A stretch of DNA of 61,232 nt from Klebsormidium nitens (lineage: Eukaryota > Plantae > Klebsormidiophyceae). The notes below the pieces were generated by a model, which saw nothing but the letters and a program-made list of their open reading frames with translations, ran no database searches and was not told the origin of the DNA. A program made the position numbers and the translations under genes. The stretch covers positions 1-61,232 of the forward strand of contig DF237498.1 in the NCBI GenBank assembly GCA_000708835.1. Direction: 5' to 3'. Below, in pieces: positions 37,415 through 49,462 of the stretch (within the stretch, counting starts at the first letter, position 1; the number at the start of each line of letters is the position of its first letter).

Positions 37415-40400
37415 TCATGACGTCATGCCTTTCGTTACGAGCTCCTCTAGCCCCTTCTGCAACCGACCCGCTGCTATCCGGCACTGCTCTTCCCTAAGGT
37501 TCGCGAAAGCGACCCGCACATACCCCGGTGCACCGCACGCGGACCCGGGTATGATGCACACACCGTGCTTATAAGCGAGCCACCGCACGACCTCCTTATC
37601 GTTCTGATCAACACTGTCCGGCAGCTTGCAGAAGAGGTAAATCGCCCCCCCGCCAGCCTTGACGGCGCCCGGCCCTAGTGGCTCTAAGGCGGACAGGGCC
37701 GTATTTACATTGTTTCCTAATGAGTGGATCTTCTCGCTGACCCAAGACGGGCCGCCGTTTTGCAAGGACGCAAGGGCTAACTGCTGGCTAATTATAGGCG
37801 GGCAGACCGGAATGGTGTCCTGCGCTTTGAGCAACTGCTTGCCGAGGCCTTCCACGCCGAGCGGGTACGCGATCTAGGCAGACGGAAAGTTGGTGTCGCT
37901 TCAGTGAGCTCATTTAGATGCTTTGGTGCTGTCTAAATTCACCTCTTAAAGACGATTGAGGAGAAGCACAACATGCAGATCTGAAGTTGGCTGTTGCAGC
38001 TGAAAGGGTGTCTCCGCCTGTGCAACAGTGGGGCGAAAGCAACATCTTCAAAACAGGATCTTTATGCAAGCATTCTCGTCCTTCCTGCGGATGGAGATCA
38101 TACCATAGCGGCGACACTGATCAGAACTGAACGAAGACGTATAATCTGGGCACAGATACATAACAAAGTCTTGGTGAATGGTGATGACGGATTCTTACGT
38201 AGCCAACTCGCCAGCCCATCATCCCATACGCTTTGGAGAAGGAGTAGATGTTCACGATGTGGTCCCCCTCGATTGACACGTGCTTATGGTCCCCGTAGAC
38301 GAAGTACCTGAAAGTTACCCTTTCAGATTCAGCTAACACCATCACGGATTCCTTGGCTTTCAAGTCCAATGGCCAGAATTCTGACGACCGTCTTTTCTTT
38401 CTTTATTAGGACTTCTTGATCATGGAACTTTCGAATTCTAGGTGTTCTCAGCCTTGGGTTGAAAGAACAGAAGATGGTCTAGCAGCTGTGCGATTCGGCT
38501 TCCTGGAAACCTCGAAAGCGGCATGCCCTCTACGTGGACCACATGAAATGAGACAAAGCAACGCACTAAGCGCGCTGCCGTCGCTTTCTGTAGGTCCAGT
38601 TAGCTCGAGTCGCGTGCAGCACGAAGGGGACAGGACAGGGGGCATGAAAGCAGGTTCAACGCAACCTTCACCACTCGATTTCTCCTAAGTCACAGTTTTG
38701 AAGCGTGCCACAGACAAGCTGAAAGACGAAGACATGACAACTGGGTCCCGTACTTAATTAGACGGGTCCTCCTCTAAATAAGGGTCTTTAAAAGCTCTGA
38801 GTAAACCAAGGAAATGGTCCAAAAGAGCTGAATGGTCCGATTCAGACGACAAACAATGCGAATGTCTGATTCAAGAAAGCAGAAAGCTGGATGCCGGTGG
38901 TTAAAGGGGATGGATAGGAACGTAGGATGGAATCCGTTCAGGAGACCTCAACCTTCGGCGTAGACTTCCTGGAAAGACAACTCACTCATATGTGTTGTCG
39001 AGCACAAGCCAGCAACCCGCTCGCCGGCACATTTCCGATATTGCCTGCAAACAAGCCAGACGCGGTGAGGGCTAACTGGCGGATCGAAAACGACACAGAG
39101 ACCACGAACGAGTATCTTGACGTCAAAATTCAGGTCCTTTGGTCCTTGCTGGAAGTCTGGCGTTTTGCCACGTGTCAAAAAAAAGTCGCATTGGATACAC
39201 GAGAGCTTTCGTGTGCCCTATTCCCGTTGAATAAATTGCTGCGTTTTTTCTTGGACGTCACCTTGATGTCAGCTATCTGATAAAATGTTCGGTGTTCCTT
39301 TATGAATGCGGCATGTCTCGGCCGCATGCACCTTGAACGCACCAATGTCTGTTCGTCCTGCCTTACATCGGAGTGCGTTGCTTCTGCAAACCGAAGACGT
39401 TAGGACGGTCGCCGCAAAAAAAAACCTCACATATCTCCAACAAAGTACTGGGGCAACAAAAACAGGGACAAGAACGTTCATTCCAACCCGAAAAACGGGT
39501 AAGGAGCCACATTTTCCCGGAAAGCCCCGATACAATAAAGCTCTAGCACCGCTTTTGTGAGCAACAACGGTCACGAATCTCGGGAAACGGCCGATCGGAG
39601 AAAGTGTGCTCAGGGTTGAAGACACATCGGTCTGAGTCATGGCCCCAATCAATGCTTCAATTCCGAGAAGTCCTTAGCATCACAGCAGCTCAAAAGGCGA
39701 CGTCACGAGTATCTTTTGCTATGAACCTGACCGTTGACACTGAGCAATTGCCTTTTCCCGTCGCTTTCGCGACCTGTTCTAACTCCATGCTTTCTTACCC
39801 GCAGCGTGTCCCCCGGAATGACGACACCCGTCGGGTTGTTGGGTGTCGTTACCACCACAAGCTTCGGCTTCGGACGCTCTTTTCCTGAGAGCGCGTTCTC
39901 CAACCAGCCTGAAAACACGTTGTTGAACAGATTACCGGTTTGGTTCAGGAAAATGTGAACAACAATTACCGCTTTTGCAGGCGATAAGATGCGGGCCAAC
40001 AAGCTCAGTCATGACAATTAAAAAATGGAGACCCTGTGATCCGTGAAAGCGAAACAGTTTGTAATCCGTTCTCCCGCACTACTTCGAACGTCCGCAAATT
40101 CTGCTTGACGAAAGCTCGCATCAAGGGGCAGGCCCTCGTCCGTGCTGCCTTAAACGGGCTACATGCGCCAAATCTCTAGTTGCTGCTTTTTCAAGCGGGC
40201 TCGATCTGGGAATTTTCTTGTACCCGATACACATCAAGCCTTGTTAAACAGACCTGCCGCCCTGAACGGAACGAAGTTTCAGGAATTACGGGTCGGAGAA
40301 CGTTGGGCTGTTAATAGAACCAGCTTGAAAGAGAAATAGGGAGCTTTGCGCCCCACTTCTACAGGGAATCAACAAACTTTCAGCATTTATGAGAAACTAT

Positions 40401-43400
40401 CCATACCTAGATCGGGGTAGAGGGTTTCCGGGTCCGAGTGCCCGAGCAGAATATCTGTGATCCCCGTCATCTGGAAGGCCATCAGGTGGTTGAAGTAGTA
40501 CGGAACGAAGAGGGCGACCGTATCGGACGGGTCGCACAGCGCCAGCACGACGTTCACAAACGCCTGCGAAAAGACCGTTGGAAATCACTTCCTTTTGCGA
40601 TTGAGCACATTGCTGGAACTGTGCAGAATGTGTGTGCTTGGCAGATGTACAAGGTGCGCATCAGACCAGCGGCCCCGATATTCCAGCTTCAATGAGACGC
40701 CAGCACGACTTTCACAAACAAAAAGGAAAGGATGCTCTTTACTCCCTTCTCCGGACAAGCGTATTGTGGGTTGTTAGTAGGATGAGTGTGCACGTTTTCA
40801 GAAGCATGGCGTCCATTACGTCAGCCCCAAAGCGGCACTTCCACTGAGCTTGAGTCATTAAGCGGACAACTGACAACTAGGGCTTCGGAGGAAGCTTAGC
40901 ACTGGATGCTTAATGATGGCTAAGCAAAGCGACGAGAAAGCTCCGCTACTTAGAATCGTGTTTGCCTGACGTGTCCAAAAAGGCCGCATGTTACTGTAAA
41001 CTGTCTCAAGTGACCAATCGAAGAACATATCGAGCACAAGACTCGGAGCTACAAAACCGCACTTCAGTTGGAAAGGTTAGGTGAAAGCAGCTCAGCTTGT
41101 AGCGACAGTGATGCAATTTTCGTGACTAAAAAGCTGAGTCCACGGAGTTTGGCCGATATGCATGCAGATTGTTCGCCAGCAAGTCGTTGTCTGCTGATGT
41201 TTTAACAATCCATTGGAGTGCACAAGTACCAGATGGTTGAAAGGCAAGCTCACCTGGTTTGCACCCGCTGTTACCATGACCTCTGAGTTATGCAGACCGT
41301 TCTCCTTTCGAAGCTGCGAAGTGGATACATTGGCTCAGAGTCAGCTTTCACGCCATCAGTTGAATCCATGTTGGCCTTTGCGAAGAGACCAAGAGGCTCG
41401 TGTAGATTGGACGACCTTTTTTTAGAATATATCTGGAAGTCAGCCTCAACCCTGACTTTCGGAGGCAGGATCGGATACTGTCAGTAATGTTGAGTCGGAA
41501 GAGGCCCTGTAGACATTAGACACACTGTTCTCTTCGTCTTCCAACTCCATAATCGAGTTGAACTCTGTCACATGATTCAAGTTGGAACTGACTCGACGGA
41601 ATCCGCAACTGAATGCGCGTCTATAACAGCTTTATTCTGCAGTATATCGATTGACTCAGAGCAGGAACGGATGGTGTTGAATACGTCAGAGCGCATTCAG
41701 TAGAGGAAAAGTGGGCAAAGTGCGTGGGCTACGGGCAACTGCTTCAAACGACTCTTTCTGCACCTTCAGATCAACATCTGAACAAGCGCCCGTAGACGAT
41801 CACATAGACAAGCTAAAGGAGGTGAATTTTGCTACCCTGCTTATCTGGGAGTCCAGACTCCTGCACGCGGTCTCTTCTTGACGACGAGACGTTCGATCTT
41901 TCAACGTCTTTGAGTAACGGCTGTCGTTTTGCATGATAGCATCTGCTCAAGGTTACCTTCTCTCGAAGGGCCTCTCTAAGCTCCGGTAGTCCATCGTCGG
42001 CGCCATAGCCGCTTGTCCGCGCTTCGAAGACCAGCTCCTTGGCCTTTTCAAGAGCACTGCAAACAGAGAACATAGAGGTCACAGCTTGCCTAAGATCATC
42101 CTGAAAGAACTTCCAACCTTTTTGCGCTGCACAAGGCGTCCTGTTAAAGTGAGCGTGCTTCGATGTGTTTGTCTCTACATCTCCAAATGCCTTCTCGACA
42201 AAAATAAATGTCATCACAGAGACACTTGAATGAGGATAGAGAGCTTGTATCATGACCGGTCAAAGAGTGGCATGCTGGTCCAGAATGTCCATCTAGCAAG
42301 CATGCTTCCTTCTTTTCCATCTCAAATGTGCTTTTTCCCCTAAGTAAGTGTACTGCTTTCCTCTTTCTCCATCTTTAACATATGCTTTCAGCAAGAGCAA
42401 GTGTCAATCAGGAACCAGAAATCCTTTTTGTGGGTGAGGTTTCCTTGGTACAGAGGTCACTACTGGCAGTGGTCACATGAGATCTGATCCGAATTTCATG
42501 CCTAGATATAAACTTTCCATGTTCCTACTTCTCAGTTTCATTTGCGCCAAACAGAAGAGAGCTTGCCTTGCTGGGGGTTGCCAGTGCACAATCCCTTGCG
42601 CCAGTGACATGACGTCGGAACTGCCCCGGAGCATCTCTTGCATCTGACAGAATAGAAGGCCGCTATTTGCTTGGCTCATCAAGGAGTGGAAAGAGCTTCC
42701 TGTGTCAAAAATTTGCTATAGATTGCGTATGATTAATGAAAGAACCTAGAAGACTTTGACTTTGATAGCTGCTTTAGCATCAAGCGCATTGATGCCTGAG
42801 AAGTGGATCAGGCCCATGCAGGAAGATTTATTTTGGGACTTATCTATGGTGCTACAGCATGTAACTTACAGGGTTCAGGGAGAGTGTCCACTCCTTGAAA
42901 GATGGCTTGAAACCGGGAGGTGTTACACCTCCTATTTCAAAGCCAGGTTCTAGATAGTCTTTTCTTGGGTAGTGGCAGATAAGTAGAGTGTCTTTTGTGC
43001 ACTTTCACAGTGTCATAAGCATTCCAGCACTCCAAAACAGTTTCTGTTGACGCGCCAGCGTTTCCCTGCAAACACGCACGCCGCGACCAACCGGGTCCTG
43101 CTTGATGGTCACAATCCCCAATGCTATACCAATCCTAGTTCCTCTTTGCCCCTGGCCAACACTATCACCAACTCAATTCACCCTTTTAAGAAACAATAAC
43201 GACGCACTCTTTTGAAATCAGGAATAAAGTGCTTCATACCTGGACAATGCAGGGATCGTCAGTGGCCTGTATTCGTCTCGACACGACCGGCTGCGAAACA
43301 TCTCTTTCTTGCATCCCACTCTTATCCGTTCCTCCCATCTCTTGTACTGTAACCCCGCTAGAATGAAGAGCTCGAGAGATTTGTAAGTCTCTCCTATGAA

Positions 43401-43536
43401 AGAGCGGTTTGTTGCCGCCAAGCGACACAGGTATCGTCAGTGAGAGACTGTGAAGGACAGCACTGGCAGACTCAGGGCGTCTGAAGTTGAGCTTGGCGAA
43501 GGCTCGAGTGCCGGACAATGCTGCTTGGGCGCACAT
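37415..43536 (-). CDS. ISS1: Aromatic aminotransferase ISS1/VAS1-like (PLP-dependent class I/II)
   Basis: Phase-consistent exons 43536-43240, 42643-42567 (GC donor), 42056-41957, 41313-41254, 40563-40407, 39908-39799, 39044-38986, 38307-38199, 37873-37415. Motifs SLAQGIVHWQPP, YGADDGLPELR, VMVTAGANQAF, PYYFNH.MAFQMTG, PNNPTG, LDNTYEYF, SFSKAYGMMGWRVGY (PLP lysine), GAIYLF, PGYVRVAF, matching Arabidopsis At1g80360 as recalled. Confidence 0.9.
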
Positions 43537-45135
43537 ACCTAGGTAGACCCTGGTCAGGTCAACTAACGACGCTCATAAACATTGGACATCCAGAAAAGGT
43601 GGTGCGGATCTTCTCTTTCTCATAAGCCCATCAAAGGGATGGGGCGGATGCAACAATGCTGCGAGCTTGAAAAGGTGGTGCCACGATTGTTCATCATGAT
43701 CATGCTGCATCAGATGCATCTAGATGATAGAGCTCAGGAGTCAGCTGCACAGCGGTTCTGGCATCTGCATGGCGCGTCTCTGCTCGCGCTTGCTGCTGGC
43801 GTTTTGGCAAACCCTCGATGGATCGAAACCCTGTACAATTGTGCGATATCGAGTTGGCGCGGCCTTACATTTCCACCCAACTCCCCCGGGCACTGGGCCA
43901 CTGCAGCATACGCGATGACCATAAGGACTCGAGTGGACCATAAGGTCTCGAGCCCGACCCTTACCGCGCAGTGGCAGACCATTCCCAACTTGACTGCCGA
44001 CTGGATTGCAGCCTAGTTGCCAGCTTGCCTAGCAATGCATCAGGGAAACCGGCCATCCCTGTCAAGAAGAGCTGTAGGTGCTGAGCTGGCAATGGCGGAC
44101 CTTGGCGGCTCATTGGCACTCCTTGGAGGCTCCCTGACGGGCGAAATGTCTCCCGTCTGGCCAAGCATCCACGTCAGCTTGAGATGCTTCTACAGACATC
44201 TGAAGAGGTTTCCAGGGGCATCTTCGAGCAAGACGGCAGGCATTTGGCGCTCCTTGCATGCACGCAAAGTGGCATGGCTGCCTTCTAGGTTCGCAAGGCT
44301 GCAGAGCAGTTTGCAACAGGGTCGGAAGAAGCGGATTTTTGAGAAAAGGAGGCAGGCCAGCGGAGAGCAGGGAATCCGCAGGGACCAGGTGAGTCCTCTT
44401 GACTTTCTCGTGCGCGTGTTGTATCCACGCCGCTGGGGAGGTGAATTGAATGTTCTCGAGCTCAAAGAAGCATCTGCTGTAGGGATGCTTTCGAGACTAT
44501 GGGGGCCCTTTAATTAGGAGCCTGCTTGCAGGCTGATTTTCGGGCCACTTAGGGGGCTGATTTTGGTTCGTTGAGCTAACAGGCGCTTGCTGTGTAGCTC
44601 AGATTTGCGTCTGCTGGGGTTCTGATTGCTTGCTTTGATTGCAGACATGCTTTCTTGGCTGAAGTCTGGGGGATGGAAAGCACGGGAATCGTGATGAAAT
44701 TGGGTTCAGTGTGAGTGTATGCTGGGCCTGAGGCCTCAGTGGGATACTTTAGTTGAGGGCTTTGGAACTGTGGTGACATGCTGGCAGATTCAAAGTTTGT
44801 GTGCGGGGCCAACGTGTACAGTCTGCTCTATTGCATGCATGCAACGAAAGAAGAGAGGTTCAGCTCTTGGCTGGCGCATCATCAAGGCTTACTTGCTTCA
44901 ACTTCAAGAATCTCTATTGTGTCAGCTTGATACCATAGCCAAGTGAGGAAATCAGCTGCAGTCTGGTCTTTTCTGTCTTGCAGGTTGCACTTCAACGCAT
45001 TGTGTGCTGTACTCAGTGGAGTGAAAGGACATGGCGCAAAAGACAAACCTTGAGCAGGTGTGACCCCACTTCCCTGCTTATTAGTAGTAGGCAACAATTG
45101 CTACCCTGTGGCAAACCTGCCCTTCACATCTAGTG

Positions 45136-45211
45136 GTGGACCACACCTTGTCAAATACTATTAGGACACTCCCTCTTTGCCTCTTCGAGCCATTTGCAAG
45201 GTGTGGTCCAC
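45136..45211. repeat. 72-bp palindrome family, copy 1
   Basis: GTGGACCACACCTTG-N46-CAAGGTGTGGTCCAC. Confidence 0.9.
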
Positions 45212-45904
45212 AAGTCAGGCCGGCCATGCCTTGGTTTTAATGAGAGGCTGCAGGTTGTGTGGCCTTTCCTAAAGTCACTTCGATGCATCCTAGGTCAGAC
45301 CTCATGATTGATGCATAAAGAACCAGTGCTCCTTGAAAGCACTTTGGCCACCATGCTTCTTAAAGTTTGCCCGTGACACTTCACTAGTTTTTCTGCAGCG
45401 TCCACTGCCCAAACTGGGAGCAGCCCCAGGCGTCCAGATTCAGCCGTCCTAAGCGCCTTCTCATGCGCATGGGAAGCAAGCCAGGAAAGCAGCTTCTCGC
45501 CCTCGGAGGTGCGCAGGTTCGTGAGGGCGTCGCTGACAGGCTCGCCAGAAGTATCAAAGAGGGGTCACCGCGTCTTCCGCAAGTATGCAGGCAGCGTCTG
45601 TCAGCGCGCTCGCCAGGAGCTGGGGGCTGCAGGCCTTCTGTGGACAGAAGCAGCCTGGGAGAGCAGCCTGGCGGCGGCCATGACTGGGCTCGAGTCGCTG
45701 GCAACTTCCATGGAAGTCGGGTTGCTGGACGGTTTCAACTCCCTTTTGTGTTCAGTCAAGAGCGCTCACATGGAGGGGCTCAAGCACCCCGCAAGCGGTC
45801 CGGGGAGAGCGGAGCGCGGCGCCTGTCATGTGCAAGAAGGAGGTGGGGGCAAGGCTGCTGCCGAGCATCAGACAGCTGGGGCCTCTGGGACTGGGGAGGA
45901 GCGG

Positions 45905-46140
45905 CGCCCAATCTGCTGTCCAGTCAAGGCTCCGGGGGGAAGGTCGGTTCAGCTTCAGATGCCCCCGGCCGCTAATGTTGGAGCCTTGAAGGGCGCAATT
46001 GCGGAGCGCATCGCCATCCCTTCGTCTGAGCAGAAGCTGGTGGCGCGAGGCAAGCAGCTGCGCAACGCAAGCCGGCTGGAGCAGCTGTGCAGCGGGGAGG
46101 CGCTTGATGTTGCGCTGAACCTCGCGCTTGCTGGAGGCGG
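45905..46140 (+). CDS. Ubiquitin-like domain within the primase-helicase gene
   Basis: VKAPGGRSVQLQMPPAANVGALKGAIAERIAIPSSEQKLVARGKQL..LNLALAGG parallels ubiquitin VKTLTGKTITLEV..VKAKI....IPPDQQRLIFAGKQL..LRLRGG. Confidence 0.75.
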
Positions 46141-46704
46141 GGAGGACGAGAGAGAAGCCGATGAGCGCACAACCAAGGTAAGTGCGCACACCGCTGGTGG
46201 TGTGCATATCCAATAGGATCTTTGAGTGGCCCGCTCTTGCCCTTAGGCCTCTGCCGACCTTTCCCGCACTGGCACTGTGGCTCGTCCTTCTCAGTCCACT
46301 ACCCGGTACTTGATTCAATTGCACGATTCGTCAGCACGTGCAAGATAGCAAGCGGGCCAAAACGAAACCTGCAAGAACATGGTCGAGGAGCTTGCTGGTC
46401 CGCCTGCCATTCAACCATCAAAGTCAGGCCATGCCACACGAAATGCGAACATTGATGTGAGAATTGGACCTGCAGGTGCAGGCGCCCTCAAACAACGCAC
46501 GCGGCCTCTTCAACCCCAGCGATTTCAGCAACTTCCAGCTCAGTCTGAGAGAGGAGCGCAGGCAGCTAGCAGCCGCGCAAGAGCAAAGAGCTGCCAGCAA
46601 CAACTCTCAGGTCAGCAAGTTGAGAGAACTGAGTACCTTCTGACACTTGGACACATGCACGGTCAAGTCCGTCTAGGCAGTGCCCACCAGTTGCCGCCCT
46701 CGGC

Positions 46705-46965
46705 GGACCACACCTTGCAGATGGTCCATAGGGTCAAAGAGTGACTTTCCTTAATAACCATTGACAAGGTGTGGTCCACGAAGTGCGAAACACAACCTTG
46801 CATACCATCTGGTTCTTGTTTGTTGAATTGGCTGGTTGGGCTTATGGGCTGGACCACATCCTGCATACGGCTCTTTTTAGCAAAAAGCGGAACTGTAAGA
46901 ATAACTGGCAAGGTGTGGTCCAAGACCATACCTGCTTGCTATGTCCTTTTCTGATTAGTCGGGAC
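46705..46965 (-). repeat. 72-bp palindrome family, copies 2-3 (46705-46777, 46851-46921), reverse orientation, intronic
   Basis: Same 13-bp arms. The spacer of copy 2 is the reverse complement of the consensus. Confidence 0.88.
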
Positions 46966-48320
46966 GCTCGTTAGCTGTCGGAGCCCCCACTCCCAAACTT
47001 CAAGACATCTGTGTGAAGGGCTGCTCACCTCACAAGAAGGATCCTGCTCGAGATGCAACTTTTCTGCCTTTGGCGCATGCGCAGCTCTCATGTATGCTCG
47101 TCTGAAAGGAAGGACCTTGTCGAGTTTTTTACTAACTGGATTCTTCTTTGCTTTGAGCGACTTGCTAATACATCCTGTCCCAACAGGTACCATCGGGAGC
47201 GCGCCGTCCCAATGAATCGGACGAAGAGCTCTCACAAGAGAAGGAAGGGACCAGGCGATGCAGGCCGCGCAGGATTGACGATGACTCGGATGAAGAGCGC
47301 CGCCCTCAGCACAAGCGCAAGGTTATCCTGTCCCAGTCGTCGTCAGGCTCTGACTCTGGTGAAGGGCTGGTAGGTCCGCTTCCTAAAAAGGTAAGCAACC
47401 GCGCCCAACTTGCAAGTTGGCAAGGCACGTGCCCCTCCTTGTGACCAGCCATTCGAATCCAGCCTGCTCTCATGCCGTCGACAGAGGAAGGTGTTGACTT
47501 GTGCTGACGGATGAAGGGACTCCTTTTCAGAAGGGATGGTAAACAAATTCACTTACTAGTTCAGCTTCAGCCCGACAATACCAGCGCATGCTATTGGCAC
47601 TTTCGCTGACACTTTGCTCCTTGGAGAAGGGCCTGGTCAACTCCTGTCGAACAGCACGTACTTTCTTGCAGGCAAGAGACGAACTTGAGCACCATCAGCA
47701 TTCAGCCCTCGCCAGCGAGGACGAGTCGCAGGGCTCGGAAACAGAAGGGGAGGGCGAGGACATCGAGGGGGCAGAATTGGAGAGCGCAACAGAATCCTCG
47801 GATGAGGAGACCTCGCAGGACCGCGAGATGATTGACGACGCAAGCCAGGAGGAAGAGAGCCCCGTCATTAGGGCCGGCCAACTTGCAACACTGGAATCTT
47901 CCGATTCCAAGTCTCTTTCTCAGATTCTGGGGGGGCACTTCAAGCGGCGGGCCCCAAAGAGGGCATCCATCCCGCTTCGAACAGGGCGCCGGTCCCGGGT
48001 GGTGCTTTCATCACCAGAACCCTCATCTCAAGCTGGCAGCCAAGCCTCGTGCCAAAGCCATGCCGCAAAAGACGAGGAGCTCGGGGTTGCTGACGCTGAT
48101 CAGCTGATGCCTGAAGCTGCCGACGGCAGCTCGCTGTCAGAGCCCGAGGAAGATAGCTATGGCTGGTGGGACGGCTTTGCCATGGACTCCGAGGACGACT
48201 CGCGCCTGGTGGACGACTTTGCGAAGTGCGTGATTGTGCCACGTGCGCATCCAACGGTAAGTCAAGCGCTTCATCCCGGCTTTAGAAGCATATTCAGGAA
48301 AGCAATCGTAGTCAGGTACT

Positions 48321-48600
48321 GGACCACACCTCGTCAGTGTTTCTTAGGAAAGTCACTTTTTGCCCCTGTGAACCATTGGCAAAGTGTGGTCCACCAAACA
48401 ATACGTCAGGCCGACCGGGCCAGTACGTCAGGCCGGCCATCCCAGGCATAAAGAAAGCAGGTGGCAGAGCAGATTCAGCCTTGGACCACACCTTGTTAAT
48501 GATTCTTTGGGAAACTCGGTTTCTGCCACAGAAAGCCATGTGCAAGATGTGGTCCAATCGACTGCAAGTCATCCGGCCCATCCCATCCATGATCGTTATG
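48321..48600 (+). repeat. 72-bp palindrome family, copies 4-5 (48321-48392, 48483-48555), intronic
   Basis: Arms with 1-2 mismatches. The shared flank GGCCGGCCATCCC lies between the copies. Confidence 0.88.
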
Positions 48601-49003
48601 AGTGCATCTTCAAGGCCGGATTCAAATAAGAAAGGCTTTGAAATGGGCGCATGCGGCAGGGTTTGCCATCATGCATTAGATCGAGGCTGTTAGAAAAAGC
48701 TCTGTCGAAGAAGTGGATGTTGTGGCTCCGTGTTAGCACTTGAAGGATTGTTACCCGCTTCTTACATCCTGTTATGCATGTGCAGCTCGGACGGGCGTCC
48801 CTCCTCACAGCCACCCCCGAGCGGGACGATGGTGACCAGTCCATACCTTCTGCTCAGCCATCTGCGCCTGCCTCCCCGGCCGCCGGGCCCCAGGTCACTG
48901 GCTGCCTCAACAATCTGACAGACGCGCCTCAGTCTTTTAGCAGTGCGGGGCGAGGCCTGCGACTGGGCCAACCTGTTCGAGTGAGTTTTTAATCTGCTAC
49001 CAC

Positions 49004-49462
49004 CTAGCTGCCTCTTGGTGCCTTGGATCCCGGGGTTTTCACAATAACTCTATCCCCTTCGACAGTAATGGAACCTCGGTCACCTCGCCGGTCGCCTTTC
49101 CACCAAACGGTTCCGCTGAGCTGCACGTCCCATGGGGCGAAAAAGTGTGAGATGAGGTACTCCAACCAGCCAACATAAGAGTAGAATTTCTCTCCCTCGT
49201 CCCACAAAAGGGCTGTTCCGTCTGGAGAGAGCTTCCACTGGCAGTAGTGCGAGGGGAATTTCTTGCTGCGCTCCTCCCCAAAGTATGTCCGATTCTTGAG
49301 TGTGCGCTCGATTGTAACAAGGTGTTCTCCAGCGGGCACATAAGGCAAGGGCTCCTCTTGCTCGTGGTAGTGCTCATAGAGCGTCTCTAAAATGGCGCTC
49401 TCATCAGCAGTCAGGGCCCTTGACAGGACGAACCGACCCACGAAGCTTGTGGAGTAGCCCAT
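49004..49462 (-). CDS. Intronless phage/giant-virus-like hypothetical protein nested antisense in intron 48981-49733
   Basis: 152 aa: MGYSTSFVGRFVLSRALT..CQWKLSPDGTALLWDEGEKFYSYVGWLEYLISHFFAPW..LSGTVWWKGD..GDRG.ITVE. The MGY.T.F.G / W...EKFY.Y..WL.YLI pattern is one I recall from an uncharacterised phage and giant-virus family. Confidence 0.75.
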   Translation of the reverse strand: MGYSTSFVGRFVLSRALTADESAILETLYEHYHEQEEPLPYVPAGEHLVTIERTLKNRTYFGEERSKKFPSHYCQWKLSPDGTALLWDEGEKFYSYVGWLEYLISHFFAPWDVQLSGTVWWKGDRRGDRGSITVEGDRVIVKTPGSKAPRGS

